The position numbers and the translations under genes were made by a program. From IMG/VR virus record IMGVR_UViG_2875697941_000001: DNA of 64,000 nt, one strand, 5' to 3'. The notes under the pieces were generated by a model. It was not told the DNA's origin. It ran no database searches and saw only the letters and a list, made by a program, of their open reading frames with translations. This stretch comes from a virus (lineage: Duplodnaviria; Heunggongvirae; Uroviricota; Caudoviricetes). Numbering within the stretch: position 1 is the stretch's first letter; every line of letters begins with the position of its first letter. Below are positions 22,137 through 31,090 of this stretch, piece after piece.

Positions 22137-23620
22137 TGGCCAGAAGTTGCGTAACGGACCCACGTTGGCGCGAGCTGGTGGCGCTATATCGTTATGACTG
22201 GATTGCGGCCGCTGATGTGTTGTTTGGGAAGACACCAACCTGGCAGCAGGATGAGATCATTGAGTCCACGCAGCAGGACGGCAGTTGGACAAGTGTGACC
22301 TCCGGCCATGGTACTGGTAAATCGGATATGACGAGTATCATTGCAATACTCTTCATCATGTTTTTCCCCGGCGCTCGCGTCATTCTGGTCGCTAACAAAA
22401 GACAGCAAGTCCTTGATGGTATTTTCAAATACATAAAGAGCAATTGGGCTACTGCTGTTAGCAGATTCCCGTGGTTGTCGAAGTATTTCATTCTTACAGA
22501 AACGTCTTTTTTTGAGGTGACTGGCAAGGGTGTTTGGACAATATTGATAAAGTCCTGTCGCCCCGGAAATGAGGAGGCGTTGGCTGGTGAACACGCCGAT
22601 CATCTCTTGTATATCATCGACGAAGCGTCGGGTGTGAGTGATAAAGCATTCAGTGTGATAACAGGTGCGCTGACCGGTAAGGATAACCGTATTCTGCTTC
22701 TTTCCCAGCCTACGCGACCTTCAGGCTATTTCTACGATTCACACCACAGACTAGCTATTCGCCCGGGAAATCCTGATGGATTGTTTACTGCGATAATACT
22801 GAATAGTGAAGAATCTCCGCTTGTAGATGCAAAATTTATACGAGCAAAACTTGCGGAGTATGGCGGTCGTGATAACCCCATGTACATGATCAAAGTACGT
22901 GGTGAATTTCCCAAATCTCAAGATGGCTTTCTTCTTGGTCGTGATGAGGTTGAGCGGGCGACGCGGCGAAAGGTCAAGATTGCCAAAGGATGGGGCTGGG
23001 TTGCATGTGTTGACGTTGCTGGTGGCACAGGACGAGATAAGTCCGTTATTAATATCATGATGGTGTCCGGCCAGCGAAATAAACGCCGTGTAATCAACTA
23101 TCGTATGCTGGAATACACAGACGTTACAGAAACGCAGTTAGCCGCCAAGATTTTCGCAGAATGTAACCCAGAACGGTTCCCGAACATAACCATAGCTATT
23201 GATGGCGATGGCTTGGGGAAATCGACGGCTGATCTAATGTACGAACGCTATGGCATTACCGTCCAGCGTATCCGCTGGGGTAAAAAGATGCACAGCCGTG
23301 AAGATAAAAGCCTTTATTTCGATATGCGCGCTTTCGCGAATATTCAGGCGGCAGAAGCTGTAAAATCAGGGCGTATGAGGCTTGATAAGGGGGCTGCGAC
23401 TATAGAGGAAGCATCAAAGATACCGGTAGGGATAAATTCCGCAGGTCAATGGAAGGTGATGTCAAAGGAAGATATGAAGAAAAAACTCAACCTGCACTCA
23501 CCGGACCATTGGGATACATATTGTTTCGCTATGTTGGCGAACTATGTTCCCCAAGATGAAGTGCTTAGCGTCGAAGACGAAGCGCAGGTTGATGAAGCTC
23601 TGGCATGGCTTAATGAATAA
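22136..23620 (+). CDS. pacB: terminase large subunit PacB
   Basis: 494 aa; start overlaps pacA stop; ATPase-like GHGTGKSDM and nuclease-like acidic motifs. Confidence 0.85.
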
Positions 23621-23645
23621 CAATTTGACCATGCCGGATGGAAAA

Positions 23646-24497
23646 CTATTGCGCGCTTTCGGGGTTGCTGTTTACTGGCTGCCCCTTCTTAGTTTTACGG
23701 CTGCGCGTAACTGATGCGGCTGATTTGACCTTTTTCTCTTCGCGAGTGATGGCAATTTGTTTTTTTACATTTTCAATATCTGCCAGGCGATATATTTTTG
23801 CCTGCGGCCAGCGGTCGCAGATGATCGGTTCTATAGAGTCATAAAGGCTAAATTTTGCTTTCTCGAATTCACCGTTGATGATGATTCCATCACGGAGAGT
23901 TTCATCGCAGATAAACACACCACACAGCGGCACATGGTAACTAACTGATTTACCATCATTGTAGTTAGGGCTACTGGAAATGTAATGGACGCGCAGCATT
24001 GTTTCGCTAAAGCCGTGTACACGCATACGGAATTTTTCATCCTCCGGGTACTGCTTCATTAGCTCTTTTGTTGCTTCCAGGTTCTCTATGTATTTCGCAC
24101 TGTGCTCATTGATCCCCGCGCTTTTCTGGATGCGAATGTCCTTATCAATCAGATGAATAATGCGGCCAGCGGTCATGTTGACGCTGTTCACAGCTTCTGT
24201 CTGATAAGTAGTAACCTTACGCACACCGCGAAGGATGTTAGGCACTGGATATAAAATAGTCTTTGGGATATTGAGGTCTGGGTACTGTTCCAGTTCCCGC
24301 GCCATTAAAGTCCATTTATCAATTTCAGCCTGAATGCTGTCCGTTTCTTTGAACGGCAGAACGACAACCGGGCGAACAGGACGACCGTCGCTGGCGGCAT
24401 CAACGTGTTGGGCGCGTGCAACAGCTTTTTTTAGAAAGAGATCCCTGAAGCTGACGAACTCCTGGTACAGTTGTTCGCCGTAGACATAATTTATCAT
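23646..24497 (-). CDS. c1: C1 repressor of lysis
   Basis: 283-aa ORF in immC position next to coi and loxP; target operators present throughout window. Confidence 0.85.
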   Translation of the reverse strand: MINYVYGEQLYQEFVSFRDLFLKKAVARAQHVDAASDGRPVRPVVVLPFKETDSIQAEIDKWTLMARELEQYPDLNIPKTILYPVPNILRGVRKVTTYQTEAVNSVNMTAGRIIHLIDKDIRIQKSAGINEHSAKYIENLEATKELMKQYPEDEKFRMRVHGFSETMLRVHYISSSPNYNDGKSVSYHVPLCGVFICDETLRDGIIINGEFEKAKFSLYDSIEPIICDRWPQAKIYRLADIENVKKQIAITREEKKVKSAASVTRSRKTKKGQPVNSNPESAQ

Positions 24498-24592
24498 TGA
24501 TCCTCCTCCAGAATTGACATGGCCAACAACTCACAGCGGATTACACTGGGAGTTGTTGGCCACCATTATAGAAGGATCCAACGAAAATAATA

Positions 24593-24609
24593 GATTTATT
24601 AGTGCATTT
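24593..24609. promoter_or_regulatory. C1-operator-like site between c1 and coi
   Basis: GATTTATTAGTGCATTT, about 2 mismatches to reverse-complement consensus. Confidence 0.4.
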
Positions 24610-24817
24610 ATTGTGAGTCTGGCTGGTTAGTGGCCATGAGATATTCGATTGTGTCAGTGAGATCATCCAGGTCGTCTTGGGTGATGCGGTACTCCTGATT
24701 GGATATCTTTGAGTAGTGTTCAGCAATGGCGCGGGCAGCGTCGGTTTCGGCGGGGTCTACAGATAAAGCGTTAGAGCAATGTCTAACGTCGTCGATGGTT
24801 GGTGGAATGAAAGCCAT
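24608..24817 (-). CDS. coi: Coi (C1 inactivator)
   Basis: 69-aa acidic ORF immediately upstream of c1 on same strand. Confidence 0.75.
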   Translation of the reverse strand: MAFIPPTIDDVRHCSNALSVDPAETDAARAIAEHYSKISNQEYRITQDDLDDLTDTIEYLMATNQPDSQ

Positions 24818-25056
24818 AATTATGCCTCACTGTATTGACAACACAGAGCCTGAAGCTCTGACCTACTGTTTCACCCATGATCCATGCTGGGGTAATCTAA
24901 CAACATTGCGCTGTGTGTAAGATGAGCAATGCATAGCTGTAATGCCGTTGTATAAGGTTTCCCTGTTTGCTCATTTCCTTCTGAGCCGCTCTACAACGCT
25001 GAAGACACATTAAATAGTGAATCCAAAGTCGTATTACGAAACGGCGGCAAAACTAT

Positions 25057-25073
25057 AATTTATTAGAGCAATT
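25057..25073 (-). promoter_or_regulatory. C1 repressor operator
   Basis: AATTTATTAGAGCAATT, reverse complement AATTGCTCTAATAAATT, near-perfect consensus. Confidence 0.7.
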
Positions 25074-25138
25074 GTCAAACAACTATGAAAAACAATCCAG
25101 TTTTTGGCTGGTGGAGTGGGATTTTTCTCTCAAAATTT

Positions 25139-25155
25139 ATTGCTCTAATAATTAT
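25139..25155 (+). promoter_or_regulatory. C1 repressor operator
   Basis: ATTGCTCTAATAATTAT, 44 nt upstream of loxP. Confidence 0.65.
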
Positions 25156-25198
25156 TGATTTTTATGCGCAGCTGGACGTAAACTCCTCTTCAGACCTA

Positions 25199-25232
25199 AT
25201 AACTTCGTATAGCATACATTATACGAAGTTAT
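25199..25232. other. loxP recombination site
   Basis: exact ATAACTTCGTATA-GCATACAT-TATACGAAGTTAT: 13-bp inverted repeats around 8-bp spacer. Confidence 0.97.
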
Positions 25233-25412
25233 CTAAAGGGTTATTGAACATGATCAATTTACCTGTAAATCCATACAGTTCAATACCTTACAGGTCAAAT
25301 AGTGATCATTTGATCAAGGTTGCGCTACGTAAAATCTGCGAAATGTTGGCAGTGTTAGTGCTCCAGATTTCGCGTAGCGCACTTAGCACCACCAATCAAT
25401 CAGAGGTGAAAA

Positions 25413-25634
25413 ATGGGATATTCAGCTGCTAAAGTGTCCACTCATCTTGAGCTTGAGAAAAACCGTGGTTACTGGCGGGCAAAAGGGTTTGATCGTGATA
25501 GTTGTCAACTGTCATTATCGCGCGGTGAAGAGAAAATAGAACGCACGCGCGGTCGCTGGCGTTTCTATGACGAGAACCATAAACAGGTAAAGGCAGAGCC
25601 GATCCTGTACACTTTACTTAAAACCATTATCTGA
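25413..25634 (+). CDS. small hypothetical ORF in loxP-cre spacer
   Basis: 73-aa ORF with GAGG RBS ending 8 nt before cre; may be spurious (cre promoter region). Confidence 0.3.
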   Translation: MGYSAAKVSTHLELEKNRGYWRAKGFDRDSCQLSLSRGEEKIERTRGRWRFYDENHKQVKAEPILYTLLKTII

Positions 25635-25641
25635 GTGTTAA

Positions 25642-26673
25642 ATGTCCAATTTACTGACCGTACACCAAAATTTGCCTGCATTACCGGTCGATGCAACGAG
25701 TGATGAGGTTCGCAAGAACCTGATGGACATGTTCAGGGATCGCCAGGCGTTTTCTGAGCATACCTGGAAAATGCTTCTGTCCGTTTGCCGGTCGTGGGCG
25801 GCATGGTGCAAGTTGAATAACCGGAAATGGTTTCCCGCAGAACCTGAAGATGTTCGCGATTATCTTCTATATCTTCAGGCGCGCGGTCTGGCAGTAAAAA
25901 CTATCCAGCAACATTTGGGCCAGCTAAACATGCTTCATCGTCGGTCCGGGCTGCCACGACCAAGTGACAGCAATGCTGTTTCACTGGTCATGCGGCGGAT
26001 CCGAAAAGAAAACGTTGATGCCGGTGAACGTGCAAAACAGGCACTGGCGTTCGAACGCACTGATTTCGACCAGGTTCGTTCACTCATAGAAAATAGCGAT
26101 CGCTGCCAGGATATACGTAATCTGGCATTTCTGGGGATTGCTTATAACACCCTGTTACGTATAGCCGAAATTGCCAGGATCAGGGTTAAAGATATCTCAC
26201 GTACTGACGGTGGGAGAATGTTAATCCATATTGGCAGAACGAAAACGCTGGTTAGCACCGCAGGTGTAGAGAAGGCACTTAGCCTGGGGGTAACTAAACT
26301 GGTCGAGCGATGGATTTCCGTCTCTGGTGTGGCTGATGATCCGAATAACTACTTGTTTTGCCGGGTCAGAAAAAATGGTGTTGCCTCGCCATCATCCACC
26401 AGCCAGCTATCAACTCGCGCCCTGGAAGGGATTTTTGAAGCAACTCACCGATTGATTTACGGGGCTAAGGATGACTCTGGTCAGAGGTACCTGGCCTGGT
26501 CTGGACACAGTGCCCGTGTCGGAGCCGCGCGAGATATGGCCCGCGCCGGAGTTTCAATACCGGAGATCATGCAAGCTGGTGGCTGGACCAACGTAAATAT
26601 TGTCATGAACTATATCCGTAACCTGGATAGTGAAACAGGGGCAATGGTGCGCCTGCTGGAAGATGGCGATTAG
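25642..26673 (+). CDS. cre: Cre tyrosine recombinase
   Basis: 343-aa protein MSNLLTVHQNLPALPVDATSDEVRKNLMDMF... with R-H-R-Y active-site context, adjacent to loxP. Confidence 0.97.
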   Translation: MSNLLTVHQNLPALPVDATSDEVRKNLMDMFRDRQAFSEHTWKMLLSVCRSWAAWCKLNNRKWFPAEPEDVRDYLLYLQARGLAVKTIQQHLGQLNMLHRRSGLPRPSDSNAVSLVMRRIRKENVDAGERAKQALAFERTDFDQVRSLIENSDRCQDIRNLAFLGIAYNTLLRIAEIARIRVKDISRTDGGRMLIHIGRTKTLVSTAGVEKALSLGVTKLVERWISVSGVADDPNNYLFCRVRKNGVASPSSTSQLSTRALEGIFEATHRLIYGAKDDSGQRYLAWSGHSARVGAARDMARAGVSIPEIMQAGGWTNVNIVMNYIRNLDSETGAMVRLLEDGD

Positions 26674-26690
26674 CCATTAACGCGTAAATG

Positions 26691-26707
26691 ATTGCTCTAA
26701 TTCTTTG
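26691..26707 (+). promoter_or_regulatory. C1 repressor operator
   Basis: ATTGCTCTAATTCTTTG, 17 nt after cre stop. Confidence 0.6.
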
Positions 26708-26723
26708 ATATTTATGGCGACAT

Positions 26724-27035
26724 ATGAGAAAGAATTTCAACATCGACGGAAAATATGTAGTGCTGTCAGTGAGCACTAATATTCAGTCGCCAGCCGTCAT
26801 TGTCACTGTAAAGCTGAGCGATAGAATGCCTGATATTGACTCAATATCCGTTGCGTTCCCTGTCAGAAGTATGCGTAGTGCTGAACATTTCGTGATGAAT
26901 GCCACCGAGGAAGAAGCACGGCGCGGTTTTGCTAAAGTGATGTCTGAGTTTGGCGAATTTTTGGGGCACGTTGACAAAGCCCTCTCAATCAGTTCAGCAA
27001 GGTCCAAAGCATTAACAGCTTCCATGATGAAATAA
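26724..27035 (+). CDS. hypothetical protein (P1 cra position)
   Basis: 103-aa ORF downstream of cre and C1 operator; followed by GCCTGGC-AAGGA-GCCAGGC hairpin at 27041-27059. Confidence 0.5.
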   Translation: MRKNFNIDGKYVVLSVSTNIQSPAVIVTVKLSDRMPDIDSISVAFPVRSMRSAEHFVMNATEEEARRGFAKVMSEFGEFLGHVDKALSISSARSKALTASMMK

Positions 27036-27166
27036 AAAAAGCCTGGCAAGGAGCCAGGCTGCACAAAAGAGCGGGTTTGTATTCCGCATCCAATCAATCA
27101 AGAAGGAGTATAGCACACAGGTACTGAAGTGAAAAAATGTGATTCGCGATAAACAAAATATCTACC

Positions 27167-27196
27167 ATTGCTCTAATTGATTGCTATAATTGAGCC
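27167..27196 (+). promoter_or_regulatory. tandem overlapping C1 operators with embedded -10 (ref promoter)
   Basis: ATTGCTCTAATTGATTG and ATTGCTATAATTGAGCC, second contains TATAAT. Confidence 0.65.
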
Positions 27197-27250
27197 GCAG
27201 TTTTTGTCAACTACGAAGACGTTGCCATTACTTAACTCCTTGACATCATT

Positions 27251-27276
27251 GGCGGCCATCAGGCCGCCTTTTTTTT
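27251..27276 (+). terminator. intrinsic-terminator-like hairpin in ref leader
   Basis: GGCGGCC-ATCA-GGCCGCC followed by 8 T, ending 5 nt before ref ATG. Confidence 0.5.
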
Positions 27277-27281
27277 GCCAT

Positions 27282-27842
27282 ATGAAAACAATCGAACAAA
27301 AAATTGAACAGCACCGTAAGTGGCAGAAGGCAGCCAGAGAACGAGCGATCGCTCGGCAACGGGAGAAGTTGGCTGATCCGGCCTGGCGAGAATCTCAATA
27401 TCAGAAAATGCGGAATACTATCGACCGCCGTATCGCTAAACAGAAAGAGCGCCCACCAGCCAGCAAAACGCGGAAAAGCGCGGTAAAAATAAAATCTCGT
27501 GGCTTGAAGGGACGAACACCGACGGCGGAGGAGCGGCGCATAGCCAATGCTCTTGGTGCTCTCCCCTGCATTGCCTGCTATATGCATGGAGTAATATCTG
27601 AAGAGGTGTCTCTGCACCATATCTCCGGTCGTACCGCGCCTGGTTGTCACAAAAAGCAATTGCCACTTTGTAGATGGCACCACCAGCATGCAGCACCGGC
27701 TGAAGTAAGAGAAAAATACCCCTGGCTGGTCCCTGTTCATGCCGATGGTGTGGTTGGAGGCAAGAAAGAATTCACCTTGCTGAACAAGTCAGAGATGGAG
27801 TTGCTGGCTGACGCTTATGAGATGGCAAACATCATGCACTAA
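27282..27842 (+). CDS. ref: Ref (recombination enhancement function, HNH-type endonuclease)
   Basis: 186 aa; basic N-terminus, CIACYMH...HHISGRTAPGCHKK...CRWHH HNH/zinc motif; recognised as P1 Ref. Confidence 0.85.
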   Translation: MKTIEQKIEQHRKWQKAARERAIARQREKLADPAWRESQYQKMRNTIDRRIAKQKERPPASKTRKSAVKIKSRGLKGRTPTAEERRIANALGALPCIACYMHGVISEEVSLHHISGRTAPGCHKKQLPLCRWHHQHAAPAEVREKYPWLVPVHADGVVGGKKEFTLLNKSEMELLADAYEMANIMH

Positions 27843-28031
27843 TAAATATATTATTTTTAATCTGAAATAATTGACAACTGACAAGTGACTTCAGTCAGAA
27901 TCATCACATGCCCGGTACGGATGGATCCCTTTTCAAATATTCCATGGACGGCACAGTCTGAGTACCGGGCGCTACCTTCAGTTGTATTGCTAAGCCGCCG
28001 CTGGTGGCTTTTCTTTTTTATAAGGGGCGCT

Positions 28032-28673
28032 ATGGATAAGAAAATATGCGTTGTTTCGATGAGCGTCGGCAAACCGGCGTCAATGACTGCCGCATGGATC
28101 AACAATGAGCTGATAATGGCTGAGCGGACCAGCTACCCTGAACGCCGCCGCGATATGGAACTCCAGCTGCTGCGCGAATTGCAAGAAAAAGAGGAAAAGG
28201 GTTTTATCGTGCTGGTGGAAGAGGAAAACAGCTTTATTACGGGTCGAGTTGGCCAGCGTGTAAGGTTGCGCGATCCCTTCATGAACGGCAGGCCGGTACT
28301 AATTGAAGCAATGCAGATTTACAAGGAGCTGGAACGCCAGAAAGCGATCAAGTTACCGCGCAAAGAATCCGGCAAATACATCCTCCACCAAAGCATCTTC
28401 GATTCCGAACACGACAAAAAAGGCGATGAATTTTTCAACATCAACTGGAGCGAAATAACGACAGAGCACGTTCTGTCGTTGTTATGCTGCTTCGCAACGG
28501 AATATAACAACGTTGCAAGCGCCGACTACATCAGGGCAATGGCTGGAGAAGTTGAGGCCCGCCAGGAACCATCGTTACTAAGCCCTCTGATTAACATAAT
28601 TCGCGGAACCCAATGTCTAGCCGACAAGCGAGTTCCTCAAGGCTTACTTACCGGCAAAGAAAACTATTTATAA
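28032..28673 (+). CDS. hypothetical protein (P1 mat position)
   Basis: ATG 28032 preceded by AAGGGG; track ORF extends in-frame upstream to GTG 27885, start not resolvable by eye. Confidence 0.55.
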   Translation: MDKKICVVSMSVGKPASMTAAWINNELIMAERTSYPERRRDMELQLLRELQEKEEKGFIVLVEEENSFITGRVGQRVRLRDPFMNGRPVLIEAMQIYKELERQKAIKLPRKESGKYILHQSIFDSEHDKKGDEFFNINWSEITTEHVLSLLCCFATEYNNVASADYIRAMAGEVEARQEPSLLSPLINIIRGTQCLADKRVPQGLLTGKENYL

Positions 28674-28763
28674 TTAATTACGTCAGTAGCCAATAGAGAT
28701 TTTTGTTGTGGAACAAAAATATATATTTTACAATCTAGTAACTTTGGGTGGAGGATTATTACA

Positions 28764-29804
28764 ATGATGAATATTAAGCCGCTGAAAATTAGGAACAAGG
28801 TCATGAAGCCTCATAAAGCATTATTAAACCCTGACCTAACCGCAAGGAATGTACTTACATACAGTCATTGGGATTTTGTCGAACTCTGGTTAAAGCGAAA
28901 CGAAAAAGATGAGGCTCTTTTTTATTGGGAGCAAGCAAAAGTATTTAATCAGGCGGCCAATGGTTTACCCAACCAATCAGCCCCACTTTTGCACTATTAT
29001 TCATTCATGAATGCAGTAAAGGCGTTACTTTCATCTCGCAATATAAACTTCAAACAGCATCATGGTGTTGCTAGGGGTGAAAATACAGCCCAAATTGATA
29101 ACTTATCTGATATAAAAGTAAAAATAAAAAATGAGGGTATACTTCCGTCTTTTTCAAAATATATTGACGGCACCTCTCATGAGGGGGTGTACAATATAAA
29201 AAACCTTTTTTCTGGATTGCCATATATTCATCGTACATATTGCCTTACTTATGATGTAACTGATGATATATTTATTCCACTGATCGATGCTGAGTTCGTT
29301 TTGAATGAGTCAGACAATAGCCTGTTTTTCACTGCGATTTTATCCAAGGATTTTCGGTTCGACACAGTTTTCGACATTCTACCGCCAGCGTTCGAATTGT
29401 TTGAAAGAGAAAAGTACAAAATAAAATCAGTAGAATCATTACTTGATTTTAATGAAAATCAATCGTCCAACATGCCGCAATTAACTGAATTTCATCAAAA
29501 AATAAGAAGAGATCTTTACTATATCAATGGCGCAGAGACTCTTTGGTATCTCAAACGTAAAAACAATCAATCTGAGCATACTTCTGTTTCAATATCGCCA
29601 TTGGTTATAACCCTAGCAGCTATGCATCGATTAAGTGAGCTATGTCGGTATGACCCACTTAAGCTAAGACAGTTACTAAATGAAAAAGAAAACTGGATTA
29701 TTGCTGAATTTATTCAACAATCTCCGTCACAGTTTATAGATGCAATTTCATCTGAAATTACTGGACACCAATTTCTTATCCCAAACGTAAGGTCTGCTTC
29801 TTAA
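28764..29804 (+). CDS. uncharacterised 346-aa protein, first gene of low-GC cassette replacing res-mod
   Basis: GGAGG RBS 9 nt before ATG; strongly AT-rich codon usage unlike flanking backbone; only a weak R-x6-H (RNINFKQH) motif noted. Confidence 0.75.
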   Translation: MMNIKPLKIRNKVMKPHKALLNPDLTARNVLTYSHWDFVELWLKRNEKDEALFYWEQAKVFNQAANGLPNQSAPLLHYYSFMNAVKALLSSRNINFKQHHGVARGENTAQIDNLSDIKVKIKNEGILPSFSKYIDGTSHEGVYNIKNLFSGLPYIHRTYCLTYDVTDDIFIPLIDAEFVLNESDNSLFFTAILSKDFRFDTVFDILPPAFELFEREKYKIKSVESLLDFNENQSSNMPQLTEFHQKIRRDLYYINGAETLWYLKRKNNQSEHTSVSISPLVITLAAMHRLSELCRYDPLKLRQLLNEKENWIIAEFIQQSPSQFIDAISSEITGHQFLIPNVRSAS

Positions 29805-30313
29805 TGAATATATATATCGCATGCGCTTTAACTCATGTTCCAAGGGAAATTTTCCATGAGTACAGTAATTGGATTCACAGCCTTGCAAAAGGTCTATCTC
29901 AAAATAACAACGTAAAATATGCTTTGATAAATAGTGACCCAGAATTATCAAAGCGCCCTGAAAGTAACAAATCTAGACTTTGTTACATTTGGGACAGAGA
30001 TATGGTTGAGAAATCTGATGTAATAATTGCAGAATGTAGTTTTCCATCAACAGGGCTAGGAATAGAGTTGCAGATTGCTGAACAGAAGAACATTCCTGTA
30101 ATCATCTGTTATAAAGATTATGGGATAAATAAAACTAAAACCATTGAATACGTGAATCCAGATGAGACTACCCATAATCTACAAGTTGGCGAGGGTTTCA
30201 TTTCTCATATGGTATTAGGACTACCAAACATCCTTGATGTCATATTATGTAAAGATATTGATAACACATGCAGGAAGCTAAAAATACTGTTAGATATGAT
30301 TAACCATAATTAA
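29804..30313 (+). CDS. nucleoside 2-deoxyribosyltransferase-like (NDT/DNPH1-fold) protein, second gene of cassette
   Basis: start overlaps upstream stop (TAATG); MNIYIACAL N-terminal strand and SDVIIAECSFPSTGLGIELQIAEQKNIPVIICY resemble NDT-family catalytic region. Confidence 0.75.
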   Translation: MNIYIACALTHVPREIFHEYSNWIHSLAKGLSQNNNVKYALINSDPELSKRPESNKSRLCYIWDRDMVEKSDVIIAECSFPSTGLGIELQIAEQKNIPVIICYKDYGINKTKTIEYVNPDETTHNLQVGEGFISHMVLGLPNILDVILCKDIDNTCRKLKILLDMINHN

Positions 30314-30371
30314 AAATTAACACCCACTTAAGATGTCTAAACCAGCCCGGTATTAACCGGGCTAGACAAAC

Positions 30372-30620
30372 TTAATCAGCATTCAGGAGCAATGCATTAT
30401 CTATGATGATTTGCTCCCATTCTTCGAATGCCCGGTCGCGGACGCCCTGGGGAACGCTGTTAGTTTTGAAATCGACGACCGTACGCCATTTCCCGTCCGG
30501 GCGGTACATGCGCAGAGCTTTACTTCCCCCTTCCCTGCGCACCTCAACGTTATGCTTATCAGCAAACTCTTGTAATGCTCGTAGCGTCCCATGCTTTACT
30601 GTGTAGTATCGCTTTTTCAA
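30372..30620 (-). CDS. small hypothetical protein (P1 lxc position)
   Basis: 82-aa ORF overlapping upstream gene by 4 nt. Confidence 0.5.
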   Translation of the reverse strand: MKKRYYTVKHGTLRALQEFADKHNVEVRREGGSKALRMYRPDGKWRTVVDFKTNSVPQGVRDRAFEEWEQIIIDNALLLNAD

Positions 30621-31057
30621 GTTTTCTCTCCAGCCTGTGCCAAGGCTTCAACTTCCAAATCGTAAGACTCAAATTCATAGTCCTGGTCGTCAACTTCTTC
30701 AGGCACTGGCAGTAAATGCCAGGCTGAGTATATCTGACCATTATCAAAACGCTCCTGGCTGTAGAGCGTCGCGGCTATGAGTGTTAGAGCCGGGCGGTCA
30801 TAACGGTAAATTTTGCGAACGTCACGGTCAACGAGACGACCGAAATTACCATAACCGCGCTCCAGTAATAATTTTTTAATTTCCGGCCAGTATGGACCAT
30901 AGCTGCGGTACAGGCGGGGATTTTTCAGTAATCGCCCGCGTAGCCCTGACAGGAAGAAATCAACGTATTCGTCTTCTGTCTTTCCTAACAACGCTGTACG
31001 GAGTACCGCCTCAAGATATGTTTTATTCGGTTTTATTGTATCAGATAGTGTGGCCAT
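30617..31057 (-). CDS. hypothetical protein (P1 ulx position)
   Basis: 146-aa ORF immediately downstream of darB on same strand. Confidence 0.55.
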   Translation of the reverse strand: MATLSDTIKPNKTYLEAVLRTALLGKTEDEYVDFFLSGLRGRLLKNPRLYRSYGPYWPEIKKLLLERGYGNFGRLVDRDVRKIYRYDRPALTLIAATLYSQERFDNGQIYSAWHLLPVPEEVDDQDYEFESYDLEVEALAQAGEKT

Positions 31058-31090
31058 ATTATGCGACGCCCGGCGAACCGGGCGCTCCTG

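Noticed and set aside
26783-27097. 104-aa minus-strand ORF antisense to the cra-position gene
   Set aside because: Fully overlaps a plus-strand ORF that sits in conserved P1 context with an upstream C1 operator; no independent support.
28674-30371. Remnants of res/mod (type III R-M helicase or methylase motifs) in the mat-lxc interval
   Set aside because: Looked for DEAD/DExH helicase and DPPY/NPPY methylase motifs in all frames and found none; the interval is occupied entirely by the two-gene cassette.
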